From NCBI GenBank assembly GCA_910586615.1, contig CAJUJP010000002.1:57213-121212 (forward strand): a DNA stretch of 64,000 nucleotides, given 5' to 3'. The translations under genes and the position numbers were made by a program. This DNA is from an uncultured Lachnospiraceae bacterium (lineage in GTDB: Bacteria > Bacillota > Clostridia > Lachnospirales > Lachnospiraceae). Positions within the stretch are counted from its first letter, which is position 1. Each line of letters opens with the position of its first letter. The notes beneath the pieces are model-generated. The model saw only the letters and a list, made by a program, of their open reading frames with translations, made no database searches and was not told the origin of the DNA. Positions 40,644 through 50,817 of this stretch are shown piece by piece.

Positions 40644-42335
40644 ATGAAAAAAATGATAAGAACAATGGCGGGTCTGCTTTTAGCGGCGGTGATGGTGTCC
40701 GGTCTCACGGCCTGCGGCAGCACTGATAACAGTAATGCAGATGCCGGCGGCGGGAACGGAACCGGGGAAGGAGAAATATTCGATCAGTATGCAGAAGGAG
40801 AAGGCCCGGCGGTGGCGCAGGAGGGTGAAAAGATCATTAATATCGGTGTCACGGACAGTCTGGGCGGGGTGAATCCTTTTGCGGTGGATCAGACGGAGAT
40901 CAATAAACATGCGATAGACCTGATGTTTCTGCCCCTGATGGAACTGGATAAAGATTTGAATTTCCAGGGGATGCTGGCGGATTCGATTACCACTGAGGAT
41001 AATATTCACTTTACAGTGCATGTGGATGATGAAGCGGTGTGGTCTGACGGAACGCCGGTGACGGCATATGATGTGGAGTATTCGGTGCTGCGTTATGCCA
41101 GTCCGGTGGTTGGCAACACCAGTCTTTTGCTGTATGCCTTTGAGGGGACGGATGATGCCACCGGATTTGTGGAAGAAGGCGCAGACTCCATGGCGGGACT
41201 TACAGTGCTGGATGATAAAACGATACAGTTTACAGCGAAGAATCCCATGGCGCTTACGACCTTTCAGAACAGCTACGGCAGATATCTTCATGTACTGCCA
41301 AAACATATTATTGAGAAATTCGGTGAGTCGGAGCTGACGACGAACAACTGGTTCAATCAGCCGGACGTGATCAGCGGCCCTTATTTCCTGACGGGCTATG
41401 ATCCAAACCATTATATTTCCTACCGCGCCAATACGGAATACTGGAAAGGCGCACCGAAGATTGACAAACTGAATATTAAGATCGTGGACGGAAGCCAGAT
41501 TTATGCAGGTCTGCAGTCCGGCGAGATCGATATCACCCAGCATACCATGACGGCTATTCCCCAGGAGGATTATGAAAGTATAGAGGCTCTTGAGAATGTA
41601 AAAGTAATCTACGGTTCGCCGGTAACGAATCAATCGGCATTTATCCAGACCGCAAATATACCGGATGCCAGAGTGCGTCAGGCGCTTGTTTATGCCATTG
41701 ACAGGCAGCAGCTTGTAGAGCAGCTGTTAAAGGGGCACGGTGAGGTTGTAGATGGCTTTTTGTCCTCTGCCAGTCCTTTCTATGATGCTATGCTTGAGCC
41801 TTTGGAATATAATCCGGAGAAGGCAAAGGAGCTTTTGGAGGATGCCGGATGGGAGAGCAGTAAAGTGCTTCGCTTCTATGTAAATTCGGGTGACAATACT
41901 TTTGTGAACGGTGTGCAGGTCATTGCGGCCCAATGGGCTGCGGCGGGTATCAATGCGGAGATTACCACGGTGGATCTGGCGACGCTGATGTCGGTGGCGG
42001 GCACTACGGACTATGATATTATGGCGGTGCAGTATACCTATGCACCCGTGGATCCCTATCCCGATGTATCCTGGCTGTTAGGCGGTGAAGGAAGCTGGAC
42101 GGGATATGCAGATGACCAGGTGTCAGAGGCGCTGGGGAAAACGCAGCAGACCAGTAACATGGAAGAAATCAAGGACTTGTATGCCGCTGTGGACAGGAAA
42201 ATGCAGGAGGACGTGCCGATGTTTTCCGTCTATGTGATCAGTGCCCAGGGTGCTGTAAACAACCGTGTGACGGGCGCGGAACCCAGCGTATACGGCTTTT
42301 TGAATAACGTACACAACTGGGATGTTGCACAGTAG
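40644..42335 (+). CDS. Peptide/nickel ABC transporter substrate-binding lipoprotein (family 5)
   Basis: LTAC lipobox, WSDGTPVTAYDV, VRQALVYAIDR. Confidence 0.93.
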   Translation: MKKMIRTMAGLLLAAVMVSGLTACGSTDNSNADAGGGNGTGEGEIFDQYAEGEGPAVAQEGEKIINIGVTDSLGGVNPFAVDQTEINKHAIDLMFLPLMELDKDLNFQGMLADSITTEDNIHFTVHVDDEAVWSDGTPVTAYDVEYSVLRYASPVVGNTSLLLYAFEGTDDATGFVEEGADSMAGLTVLDDKTIQFTAKNPMALTTFQNSYGRYLHVLPKHIIEKFGESELTTNNWFNQPDVISGPYFLTGYDPNHYISYRANTEYWKGAPKIDKLNIKIVDGSQIYAGLQSGEIDITQHTMTAIPQEDYESIEALENVKVIYGSPVTNQSAFIQTANIPDARVRQALVYAIDRQQLVEQLLKGHGEVVDGFLSSASPFYDAMLEPLEYNPEKAKELLEDAGWESSKVLRFYVNSGDNTFVNGVQVIAAQWAAAGINAEITTVDLATLMSVAGTTDYDIMAVQYTYAPVDPYPDVSWLLGGEGSWTGYADDQVSEALGKTQQTSNMEEIKDLYAAVDRKMQEDVPMFSVYVISAQGAVNNRVTGAEPSVYGFLNNVHNWDVAQ

Positions 42336-42544
42336 CCGTCAGATGATAGGATGGTTTTCACACATGTGTGTATCAGACATGACAGGGAAGTCTAAGGCGT
42401 TACTGTTCACACAGGACTTAGCATTTACTGCCAGGTCCATACGAAAACGTATATATTGCCGAAGGCTGAACTGTTACGAAATTGTGTTACAGAACCGGTT
42501 CAGTTTTAGGAAAAAATGAAATATAATGTCAGGGAGGTGACGCT

Positions 42545-43585
42545 ATGCCGCATTTACTTGAAGTAAAAGATCTGACAACGGTTTTTAACGGCGATTACGG
42601 AATCAATGTCAGTGTTGATCATATTAGTTTTTATGTGGATCAGGGCGAGGTCGTCTGCATTGTAGGTGAATCCGGGTGCGGTAAGAGCGTTACATCACTT
42701 TCTATTATGGGCTTATTAGGGAGGGGCGGAACTGTCATGGACGGTTCTGTCCTCTTTGACGGTAGGAATCTTCTTACCATGACGGAGAAAGAACTGGATC
42801 AGATCCGGGGCGATGAACTGACGATGATTTTTCAGGACCCGCTCACCTCGCTGAATCCGGTGTTCAGTGTGGGAAGCCAGATCACGGAAACCATTCGCAC
42901 CCATATGCACTTATCCAGAGATGAGGCAGGAAAACGTGCCCTGGAACTGCTTGTCCAGGTGGGAATGCCGGATGCGGAAAAAGTAATGAAAAAATATCCT
43001 CACACTCTTTCCGGTGGAATGCGCCAGAGGGTCATGATCGCGATGGCGATTGCATGTAATCCAAGGCTGCTCATCGCGGATGAACCGACCACGGCTCTTG
43101 ATGTGACAATTCAGGCCCAGATCATGAAACTGCTCAGGGAACTGCAGCAGCAGAAAAATATGTCCATGATTCTGATTACCCATGACATCGGCCTGGTGGC
43201 AAATACCGCGGACAGGGTGCTGGTCATGTACGCGGGACAGATTATTGAGGAGGCGGCAGTGGAGGAGCTTTTTGCCAATCCGAAGCATCCGTATACACAG
43301 GCACTGCTCAATACGGTGCCTACGATTCGGGATGACAAGAACAGAAAACTGCAGGCCATTCCCGGTATTGTGCCGGAGAGCTATGATGATATTGCAGGAT
43401 GCCGGTTTGCGGATCGATGCCCTTACCGCCAGGAAGTGTGCGGACAGCCGCAGGATGCTTATTCTTTCGGGGAAGGGCACAGGGCAAGATGCATTGTGGC
43501 AAAGCAGGAGCAGCAGAACGGCAATGGAGGAAAAGTATGTTGCTTGAAAAAGAGAGATTTGCGGAAACAGAATCCGCCCCGGTAA
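42545..43585 (+). CDS. Opp/Dpp-type ABC ATPase (OppD-like)
   Basis: GESGCGKS, LSGGMRQR, ADEPTTALD, HPYT, GCRF. Confidence 0.95.
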   Translation: MPHLLEVKDLTTVFNGDYGINVSVDHISFYVDQGEVVCIVGESGCGKSVTSLSIMGLLGRGGTVMDGSVLFDGRNLLTMTEKELDQIRGDELTMIFQDPLTSLNPVFSVGSQITETIRTHMHLSRDEAGKRALELLVQVGMPDAEKVMKKYPHTLSGGMRQRVMIAMAIACNPRLLIADEPTTALDVTIQAQIMKLLRELQQQKNMSMILITHDIGLVANTADRVLVMYAGQIIEEAAVEELFANPKHPYTQALLNTVPTIRDDKNRKLQAIPGIVPESYDDIAGCRFADRCPYRQEVCGQPQDAYSFGEGHRARCIVAKQEQQNGNGGKVCCLKKRDLRKQNPPR

Positions 43586-44802
43586 AAGAGAGGGTACAAA
43601 TTCAGGAATCTGCCATGGCAAAGGAGGCGGTACGAACTCAGGAATCCATACCGGCAAAAGAAACAGTACAAATTCAGGAATCCGCCATGAAAACGGAGGG
43701 GGAAAAGGAAATCCCTCTGATCCGGGTGGAAAATCTGAAAAAGTATTATCCGGTAAAAGGCGGCATTATCACCCATACCACCGGTTACGTGAAGGCTGTG
43801 GACGGAGTCGGTTTTTCTGTCATGCGGGGGCAGACGCTGGGGCTTGTGGGCGAATCGGGCTGTGGAAAATCCACCATTGGAAGACAGCTTGTAGGACTGG
43901 AAAGACCCACAGAAGGCAAAATTTATTATAATGGCCGGGATCTGGCAGAAATACAGAAAGATAAAAGGGAGATGCGCCGAATCCGCACAAAACTGCAGAT
44001 GGTTTTTCAGGATCCGTATTCATCTTTGAACCCCAGAAAACACATTTATGAGATTCTTGCACAGCCCATGCTGTATCATCATATTTCCCGGAAAGATACG
44101 GTGAGGCGTGATATTCTGAAGATTCTTGATATGGTGGGATTGCCGAAGACGGCTCTCGGCAGGTATCCCCATGAATTTTCCGGCGGTCAGCGGCAGAGGA
44201 TCGGCATAGCAAAGGCTTTGTCGCTGAACCCGGAATTTATCGTCTGTGACGAGCCTGTCAGCGCGCTCGATGTCTCCATTCAGGCCCAGATCCTGAATCT
44301 GTTAAAAGAATTGCAGAAGGAACTGGGGTTGACGCTTTTATTTGTGGGTCACGGGCTGGGAGCGGTCAACTATGTCAGTGACAAGATTGCCGTTATGTAT
44401 CTGGGAAAAATTGTGGAGTATGGAGAGGCCAGGGAAATTTTTGACCATCCGGCCCACCCTTATACAAGAGCGTTGCTGGAAGCGGTGCCTGTTCCTGATC
44501 CTCGGGAGAAAAAGAGAGAGCACAGGCTCCTGCAAGGTGAGATCGGAAGCAGCACAAACCCGCCTGCCGGGTGCAGATTTCATACCCGCTGTCCCTATGC
44601 GCTGGAGGCCTGTGAGCGGGAGACTCCATATTTAGAGAGTATCGGGTACTGTGAAGGGCAGGAGGATTTTTCGCCGGAGAAAAAAACATGTACACCAGAG
44701 GAAGCGGCGCAGCATAAGGCAGGAAATGACAGATCAGGCAGCAGACACAGGGTGGCTTGTCCGGCTGCCGCGGCCGGCATGAAGGAGGCAGTCAATGGGT
44801 AA
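43537..44802 (+). CDS. Opp/Dpp-type ABC ATPase (OppF-like) with repetitive N-terminal extension
   Basis: GESGCGKS, FSGGQRQR, CDEPVSALD; GGAGG RBS before ATG 43537. Confidence 0.93.
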   Translation: MLLEKERFAETESAPVKERVQIQESAMAKEAVRTQESIPAKETVQIQESAMKTEGEKEIPLIRVENLKKYYPVKGGIITHTTGYVKAVDGVGFSVMRGQTLGLVGESGCGKSTIGRQLVGLERPTEGKIYYNGRDLAEIQKDKREMRRIRTKLQMVFQDPYSSLNPRKHIYEILAQPMLYHHISRKDTVRRDILKILDMVGLPKTALGRYPHEFSGGQRQRIGIAKALSLNPEFIVCDEPVSALDVSIQAQILNLLKELQKELGLTLLFVGHGLGAVNYVSDKIAVMYLGKIVEYGEAREIFDHPAHPYTRALLEAVPVPDPREKKREHRLLQGEIGSSTNPPAGCRFHTRCPYALEACERETPYLESIGYCEGQEDFSPEKKTCTPEEAAQHKAGNDRSGSRHRVACPAAAAGMKEAVNG

Positions 44803-45742
44803 ATATATTCTGAAGCGTATTCTGATTGCAGTTCCGGTGCTGATCGGCATTACGGTCATCGATTATGTGATTATGTGTATGGCTGGCAGTCCCCTTGAAA
44901 TGCTGCAAGGGCCTCGTGTATCGGAGGCGGCAGTGGAGGCCAGAAAGATCGCGTTAGGACTGGACCAGCCGGTCTATGTGCAGTATTTTGTCTGGCTGGG
45001 ACAGCTTTTACGGGGAAATATGGGTTATTCCGTGAAATCCTACCAGTCGGTGAGCGCCATGATCGGAAGCCACATCGGTCCGACCTTGCTCCTGATGGGT
45101 GTTTCTTTGCTGGTAAGCCTTATTCTGTCTGTTCCGGCAGGCATCTACAGCGCTGTTCATCAGTATTCCAAAGGAGACTATGCAGTGGTGACAGTTTCCT
45201 TTCTGGGCAGCAGTGTGCCGGGATTTTTTCTGTCACTGCTGTTGATCTATCTTTTTACTGTGCGGCTGGGATGGCTTCCTTCCAGCGGCATGACCACGCT
45301 GGGAACAGAGGGCGGAGCGGCGGACGTGGCAAAACATATGGTGATGCCCGTGATTGTGCTGGCTTTTTCCATGGCGGGGAGCAATATCCGTTATATCAGG
45401 AGTGCCATGCTGGAAATCTTACAGCAGGATTATCTGCGGACAGCCAGGGCGAAAGGGATCGGACGTTTCAGAGTCATCAACAAACATGCGCTGCGCAATG
45501 CGCTTGTGCCCATCATTACAGTGATTGGCATGGAGATTCCGATGCTGTTCGGCGGGGCGGTGATCATTGAGCAGATTTTTTCATGGCCGGGGCTGGGGCT
45601 TATGACCATGAGTGCAATCAGCAACCGGGACTATCCGGTGATCATGGGTGTCTGCCTGCTCTCCGCCATTGTAGTGCTGGCGGCAAATCTGGTGACGGAT
45701 ATTCTGTATGCGCTGGTTGATCCTGCGATTCAATTGGATTAG
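44795..45742 (+). CDS. Opp/Dpp-type ABC permease (OppB-like)
   Basis: LGLDQP, DYLRTARAKG, HALRNAL, EQIFSWPGLG. Confidence 0.95.
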   Translation: MGKYILKRILIAVPVLIGITVIDYVIMCMAGSPLEMLQGPRVSEAAVEARKIALGLDQPVYVQYFVWLGQLLRGNMGYSVKSYQSVSAMIGSHIGPTLLLMGVSLLVSLILSVPAGIYSAVHQYSKGDYAVVTVSFLGSSVPGFFLSLLLIYLFTVRLGWLPSSGMTTLGTEGGAADVAKHMVMPVIVLAFSMAGSNIRYIRSAMLEILQQDYLRTARAKGIGRFRVINKHALRNALVPIITVIGMEIPMLFGGAVIIEQIFSWPGLGLMTMSAISNRDYPVIMGVCLLSAIVVLAANLVTDILYALVDPAIQLD

Positions 45743-45806
45743 ATAATATGAAGTGCGCCACATTTGCAGCAACGTGGATTTACCTGTAAACTAGGAGGTC
45801 GGACAG

Positions 45807-46703
45807 ATGACATCGAAAGATCCGGGCAGGAAATATGATATGGAAAAAGATATCGGCAGCGAGAGCTATTTGCAGACGGTGATCAGGCGTTTTAGAAGGC
45901 ATCATCTGGCCACGGTCAGCTTGATTGTTCTGGCGGTGATCGTGGGCGCGGCGGTGCTTGCGCCTCTGATTGCACCCTATGATCCGAATGAGATTGCGGG
46001 GCCGTTTGCGGGAGCGCCTTCTAAAGATTTCTGGCTGGGCACGGATCAGATCGGACGGGATGTGCTCAGCAGATTGTTGTACGCCACCAGAATCTCTCTC
46101 CTGGTGGGGGTGATGGCAACGCTGATCTCAACGGTGATCGGTGTGGTATTGGGGCTGACGGCCGGATATTTCGGCGGGCTGGCAGATATGGTGATTATGC
46201 GGTTTACCGATATGGTCATGTCGTTCCCTTATATTCTGCTTGTGCTGGTGGCGGCCGCAATTTTCAAGCCCGGACTGTGGAACATCATATGGATTCTCGG
46301 ATTTGTGGACTGGCCGGGAATCGCCCGGCTGGTGCGCGGCAATGTGCTGAATCTGAGAGAGACAAATTTTGTTAAAGGAAATATCGTGGCGGGAATGCCC
46401 CTTCATCACATTCTTTTTTCGGAGATTCTACCCAATACGGTGGCGCCTATTCTGGTCTATGCCACTTCGGTGCTGGCAGTATCTATTCTGGATGAAGCGG
46501 CGCTCAGCTTTCTGGGACAGGGTGTACAGCCGCCGGAAGCAAGTCTGGGCAACATGCTCAATGGCGCACAGTCTCTGACAGTGTTGACGAAGCAGCCGTG
46601 GCTGTGGATCCCGCCGGGCCTTCTGATCGTGATCGTAGTCATGGCGATCAATTTTGTGGGCGACGCGCTGCGGGATGCGCTGGATCCAAACAGCGGGCGG
46701 TGA
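45807..46703 (+). CDS. Opp/Dpp-type ABC permease (OppC-like)
   Basis: WLGTDQIGRDVLSR, EAALSFLG, GDALRDALDP. Confidence 0.95.
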   Translation: MTSKDPGRKYDMEKDIGSESYLQTVIRRFRRHHLATVSLIVLAVIVGAAVLAPLIAPYDPNEIAGPFAGAPSKDFWLGTDQIGRDVLSRLLYATRISLLVGVMATLISTVIGVVLGLTAGYFGGLADMVIMRFTDMVMSFPYILLVLVAAAIFKPGLWNIIWILGFVDWPGIARLVRGNVLNLRETNFVKGNIVAGMPLHHILFSEILPNTVAPILVYATSVLAVSILDEAALSFLGQGVQPPEASLGNMLNGAQSLTVLTKQPWLWIPPGLLIVIVVMAINFVGDALRDALDPNSGR

Positions 46704-46710
46704 TACTGTG

Positions 46711-47196
46711 TCAGCCGGACACAGCCACCAGCAGCTCCTCTCCTGCCACATCTACCCATTCCGCCGGCTGCTCTCCGCAGGAAGCCAGATAGTAATAGGC
46801 AGACGGCCTGCCGAGCCCGCGGCAGGCATCATGCCATATCCCCCGATTAAGAACAACCACGTCTCCTGCCCGCAGGATGACCGCCCGCACATCTTCCGCC
46901 TGCGGCGGCAGCCCGGCGCGGGATTTTGCGAAGCACAGAGCCACGGGATCTTCCGCGCAGAAGAGCGCTTCCATGGTGTGGCTGTGTTTTTCCATGGACT
47001 TTAGCGTGTAGGGCGCGCTTTGTCCCATGGTGTATCCGAGATGACCCGGCGTGTCAATCAGGGGAAGCCGGGTCATGTGGTCTTCATACCGGTCGGTGAT
47101 GCTGTGTATGACCTTATCCCGGTCATGGAGCATATTGTAGTAAAAACCGTATTCAGTAAAATCAAAATCTTTTATTTCTACAGCGTGGAGGGTCAT
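46711..47196 (-). CDS. Ureidoglycolate-lyase-like cupin protein
   Basis: MEKHSHTMEA and NRGIWH motifs typical of the AllA family; F..YG N-terminal motif. Confidence 0.7.
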   Translation of the reverse strand: MTLHAVEIKDFDFTEYGFYYNMLHDRDKVIHSITDRYEDHMTRLPLIDTPGHLGYTMGQSAPYTLKSMEKHSHTMEALFCAEDPVALCFAKSRAGLPPQAEDVRAVILRAGDVVVLNRGIWHDACRGLGRPSAYYYLASCGEQPAEWVDVAGEELLVAVSG

Positions 47197-48098
47197 ACGC
47201 TCTCCTTTCTGAGTTCACCAAGGTTTGTCAGGCACATCACAAGTACCGTAATGATATAGGGCGCCGTCAGCACAAGCTGGGACGGTATGCTGAAGCCCTG
47301 AAGCCCCACGGAGAGTGCATCCGCAAAAGCGAAGATCAGGCAGGCGAAAAAGGACTTCAGGGGATCGCCTTTGCCGATTCTTGCCGCTGATACAGCGAGG
47401 AATCCTTTTCCGGCGGACATATTTTCCGTGAACATGGAGATGCCGCACAAGGGCAGGCATGTTCCGGCGGCTCCTGCCAGTACGCCGGTGACGATCAGAG
47501 ATGCCCATTTATATTTCAGGACGGAGACACCGGCAGACTGCATGGCTTCTTCGTTGCTGCCCACACCGCGGATTCGCAGCCCGAAAGGTGTCTTGTACAT
47601 GACGATCTGGGCGATGATAACCACCAGGAAGGACAGATATACGAGGGTGTTCTGATTATTCAAAATGCTGCCAAGGAACGGTATGCGGTCCAGAAACGGG
47701 ATATGGACCGTACCGAAACTTTTGATCCTGGGATCCATGACGGAGCCTCTCGTGTGAAAAATGTTGGACATCAGCAAGGTGGTAAAGCCCCAGGCACTCA
47801 GGTTCATGGCGATGCCGATGACGATCGGGTCGGATTTAAAATGCAGGACAAAAGTACCAAAAACGGCGGACATGACAATGCCGGACACAATACCGAACAC
47901 CAGACCCATCAGGGCATTTTCAAATAAATAGCTTCCCCAGGTGGCAAAGAAAGCGCTTGTGAGCACATAACTTTCCAGCCCGATATTGAAGATTCTGGCT
48001 TTATGGCCGTAGGCGCTCCCCACCGCCGCCAGAGCGATCGGGGCGGACAGGCGGATCATTGCCGACAGAGTGGAAATGCTGAATAATAGTTGAAGCAT
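47193..48098 (-). CDS. Nucleoside/sugar ABC transporter permease
   Basis: FNIGLE, YKTPFGLRIRGVGSN, AGKGFLA. Confidence 0.92.
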   Translation of the reverse strand: MLQLLFSISTLSAMIRLSAPIALAAVGSAYGHKARIFNIGLESYVLTSAFFATWGSYLFENALMGLVFGIVSGIVMSAVFGTFVLHFKSDPIVIGIAMNLSAWGFTTLLMSNIFHTRGSVMDPRIKSFGTVHIPFLDRIPFLGSILNNQNTLVYLSFLVVIIAQIVMYKTPFGLRIRGVGSNEEAMQSAGVSVLKYKWASLIVTGVLAGAAGTCLPLCGISMFTENMSAGKGFLAVSAARIGKGDPLKSFFACLIFAFADALSVGLQGFSIPSQLVLTAPYIITVLVMCLTNLGELRKESV

Positions 48099-48104
48099 AA
48101 TGCG

Positions 48105-49196
48105 CTACACCTCCTCTTTCTGTATGCGGAGTTTTCGTATCTGACGTTTTTCCTTGAACTGCCTGAGCAGTGCTTCATAATCTATAGCTACGAGCAGAAC
48201 AAACACAGACTGTAAAACCATGACTACAAGCCGGTTGGTGGAAGTGGTCCGTTCCATCTGGAAAGAACCGGCTTTGAGCATCCCCCAGATGATGGAAATC
48301 AGAATGACAGCCAGGGGGTTGTTTTTGGCAATGGAGGCGATCATGACACCGTCCCATCCCAGATTCAATGCAAAAGCGGGGCGGAATTTGCCGAAAGCTC
48401 CTGTCATTTCTGTGCCGCCGCATACGCCGCTGATAAAACCGCTTAACAGGAAGATCATGATAAAGGTTCTCTTATAGTTGATGCCGCCGTATTTGGAGAA
48501 GCGGAGATTCTCACCCACCTGTTTCAACTCATAGCCTTTGACCGTGTAGCGGTACAGGAGAAAGATAACGACCGCAATGGCGATGGCGATAAAAAATGCT
48601 GTTGTCGCGCTTGTTTTCGGTATAATGACGGAAAGCCTTGCGGTGGGAAGCATGTCCGGTGTGGCGATGGCATCTGCCAGTTCCGAGGCGTCGAATCCCA
48701 TATATTTGAATACAAGATATTCCGTAAATAAATTTGCCGCATAGTTCAGCATCAGGGTACAGATCAGTTCGTTTACATTGAGCTTCAGTTTTAAGATCGC
48801 GGGTATGAACGCGAAAGCCATTCCCGCCAGGCCGCCGATCAGCAGGCATACCGGTATATGAAGAAAACGGGGCAGCGGAAGAGCCGCACCTGCAATGGCA
48901 GCGGCGAAAGCGCCGAAATACATCTGCCCCTCGATTCCGCAGTTCCAGATACCGGACTTGAAAGCCACAACGGCGGCGATTCCTGTTATGATGCTGGGAG
49001 TTGCCCAGCGGATCGTGGTGCCGATGGCGCTGGGGCTTCCCACCGACCCGACGATCATTGCCCGCAGGGCTTCCAGAGGGCTGTTTCCTTGAGAGAGGAT
49101 TATGACTGCCCCGATAACCATGACAAGAATAACAGCGATAAAGTATTTCATGATTTCCAATAGGGTTGTTTGTGATAATTTAAACTTTATCTTCAT
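48105..49196 (-). CDS. Nucleoside/sugar ABC transporter permease
   Basis: WNCGIEGQ, NELICTLMLNY, GWDG; GGAG RBS before ATG 49196. Confidence 0.92.
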   Translation of the reverse strand: MKIKFKLSQTTLLEIMKYFIAVILVMVIGAVIILSQGNSPLEALRAMIVGSVGSPSAIGTTIRWATPSIITGIAAVVAFKSGIWNCGIEGQMYFGAFAAAIAGAALPLPRFLHIPVCLLIGGLAGMAFAFIPAILKLKLNVNELICTLMLNYAANLFTEYLVFKYMGFDASELADAIATPDMLPTARLSVIIPKTSATTAFFIAIAIAVVIFLLYRYTVKGYELKQVGENLRFSKYGGINYKRTFIMIFLLSGFISGVCGGTEMTGAFGKFRPAFALNLGWDGVMIASIAKNNPLAVILISIIWGMLKAGSFQMERTTSTNRLVVMVLQSVFVLLVAIDYEALLRQFKEKRQIRKLRIQKEEV

Positions 49197-49215
49197 GCTT
49201 TTCTCCATTTCTATA

Positions 49216-50751
49216 CTACTTTTTGCACATCTGCGAGTTTGAGCCGCCCAGCATATACAATCCGATGGTTTTTTCATCCAGATCTGGCGTGTTTTCCAGG
49301 TCCGCGGCGATTCCGCCATTGTACATGACCAGGATCCGGTCTGATAATTCCATGACTTCTCCCAGTTCGTGGCTGACTAACAGTACGGAAACACCCTGTT
49401 GTGCAATGTCGATGATTTTCTGCCATATAAACTCGATGGCACCTACGTCGATGCCGCGGGTGGGGTCCTCGATGATGAGCAGGTCGTTATTTTGGGCAAA
49501 CTCCCGCCCGACAATGGTTTTCTGGATATTTCCGCCGGACAGATCGCCGATTTTGTTATGAATATCCTGCACCTTGACCTGATAGTTTTCTACGACAGAG
49601 CCGGTAAACGCCGCGGCTTCCTCTTTGCCAAGCAGCCAGGGTATCCGGAACTTGTGGGCAACGTGGTATCCCATAATGCAGTTTTCGATCAAAGTGCCGT
49701 TGACGTTACATCCGGTGGAAATGCGGTCCTGAGGCACATAGCCGATCTTCTTCTCCCGCTTCCGGCGCGGCGCAGCCATAGTGATGTCCTCACCTTTATA
49801 GAGGATGGTGCCGCCGGCGGGACTGCGGAGGCCGAATATTGCCTCGATCAGTTCACTCTGGCCTGAACCGGCAACACCGGCAATGCCAAGGATCTCACCT
49901 TTTCGGACAGAGAAAGAGACGTGCTTTACTTTTTCTGTGCCGTCGCTGCCAAGGGCGGTAAGATCGTCGACGGTAAGCACAGGTTCTGCAATCTGCTTTT
50001 CCTGTTTTTTTGTATTAAAAAGTACCTGCCGTCCTACCATGAGGTTGGCGAGGCCGTGTTCGTCTGTTTCATCCGGCCGGAGATTTCCGGTGACCACACC
50101 GTTTTTCAGTACCGTGATATAGTCTGAGATCTCCATGACTTCTTTCAGCTTGTGGGTGATCAGAATGACGGTTTTCCCCTGTCTGGTCAGGTATCGGATT
50201 GCCTGAAAAAGTCCTTCGATTCCCTGAGGCGTCAATACGGATGTGGGTTCGTCAAGAATGATGATCTGAGCACCTTTGTACAGGACTTTGACGATCTCCA
50301 CCTGCTGCAGAAGGGATACCGGAAGCTCGGAGACCCTTTTGTCAAGAGGAATGGAAAATCCGTACTTTTCTGCAATTTCCAGAATGTCTTTTGCGGCCTG
50401 CTTTTTATCCAGAAATCCCCCGTATTTTTTTGTCTCATATCCCATCATGAGGTTTTCCAGCACGGTCAGTTCGGGAAAAAGCATGAATTCCTGATGTACC
50501 ATGCCGATACCGCATTTCGTCGCGTCGTTGGGATTCCGGAAAACGGCGTGTTTTCCTTTCACATAGATTTCGCCTCTGTCGGGTTTGTAAATGCCGGAAA
50601 TAATGTTCATCAATGTACTTTTGCCGGCACCGTTCTCACCGATGACGGAATGGACGGTGCCGCGCCTTACGCTGAGACTGACGTCATCATTGGCGGTAAG
50701 GCTGCCGAAGTATTTACAGATATGTTTTGCTTCCAGAATGATGTCTTCCAT
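49216..50751 (-). CDS. Nucleoside/sugar (CUT2) ABC transporter ATPase, double domain
   Basis: GENGAGKS, GIGMVHQEF, DEPT, LSGGNIQK, PTRGIDVGA. Confidence 0.95.
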   Translation of the reverse strand: MEDIILEAKHICKYFGSLTANDDVSLSVRRGTVHSVIGENGAGKSTLMNIISGIYKPDRGEIYVKGKHAVFRNPNDATKCGIGMVHQEFMLFPELTVLENLMMGYETKKYGGFLDKKQAAKDILEIAEKYGFSIPLDKRVSELPVSLLQQVEIVKVLYKGAQIIILDEPTSVLTPQGIEGLFQAIRYLTRQGKTVILITHKLKEVMEISDYITVLKNGVVTGNLRPDETDEHGLANLMVGRQVLFNTKKQEKQIAEPVLTVDDLTALGSDGTEKVKHVSFSVRKGEILGIAGVAGSGQSELIEAIFGLRSPAGGTILYKGEDITMAAPRRKREKKIGYVPQDRISTGCNVNGTLIENCIMGYHVAHKFRIPWLLGKEEAAAFTGSVVENYQVKVQDIHNKIGDLSGGNIQKTIVGREFAQNNDLLIIEDPTRGIDVGAIEFIWQKIIDIAQQGVSVLLVSHELGEVMELSDRILVMYNGGIAADLENTPDLDEKTIGLYMLGGSNSQMCKK

Positions 50752-50771
50752 AACTACCTCCTCTGCTAAAA

Positions 50772-50810
50772 ATAACCTCCGGCGGCACGGAAATGCTCTC
50801 CGGAGGTTAT
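50772..50810. other. Intra-operon stem-loop after the binding-protein gene
   Basis: ataacctccgg...ccggaggttat 11-bp inverted repeat; probable partial terminator or mRNA stabiliser. Confidence 0.6.
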
Positions 50811-50817
50811 GATCCTT

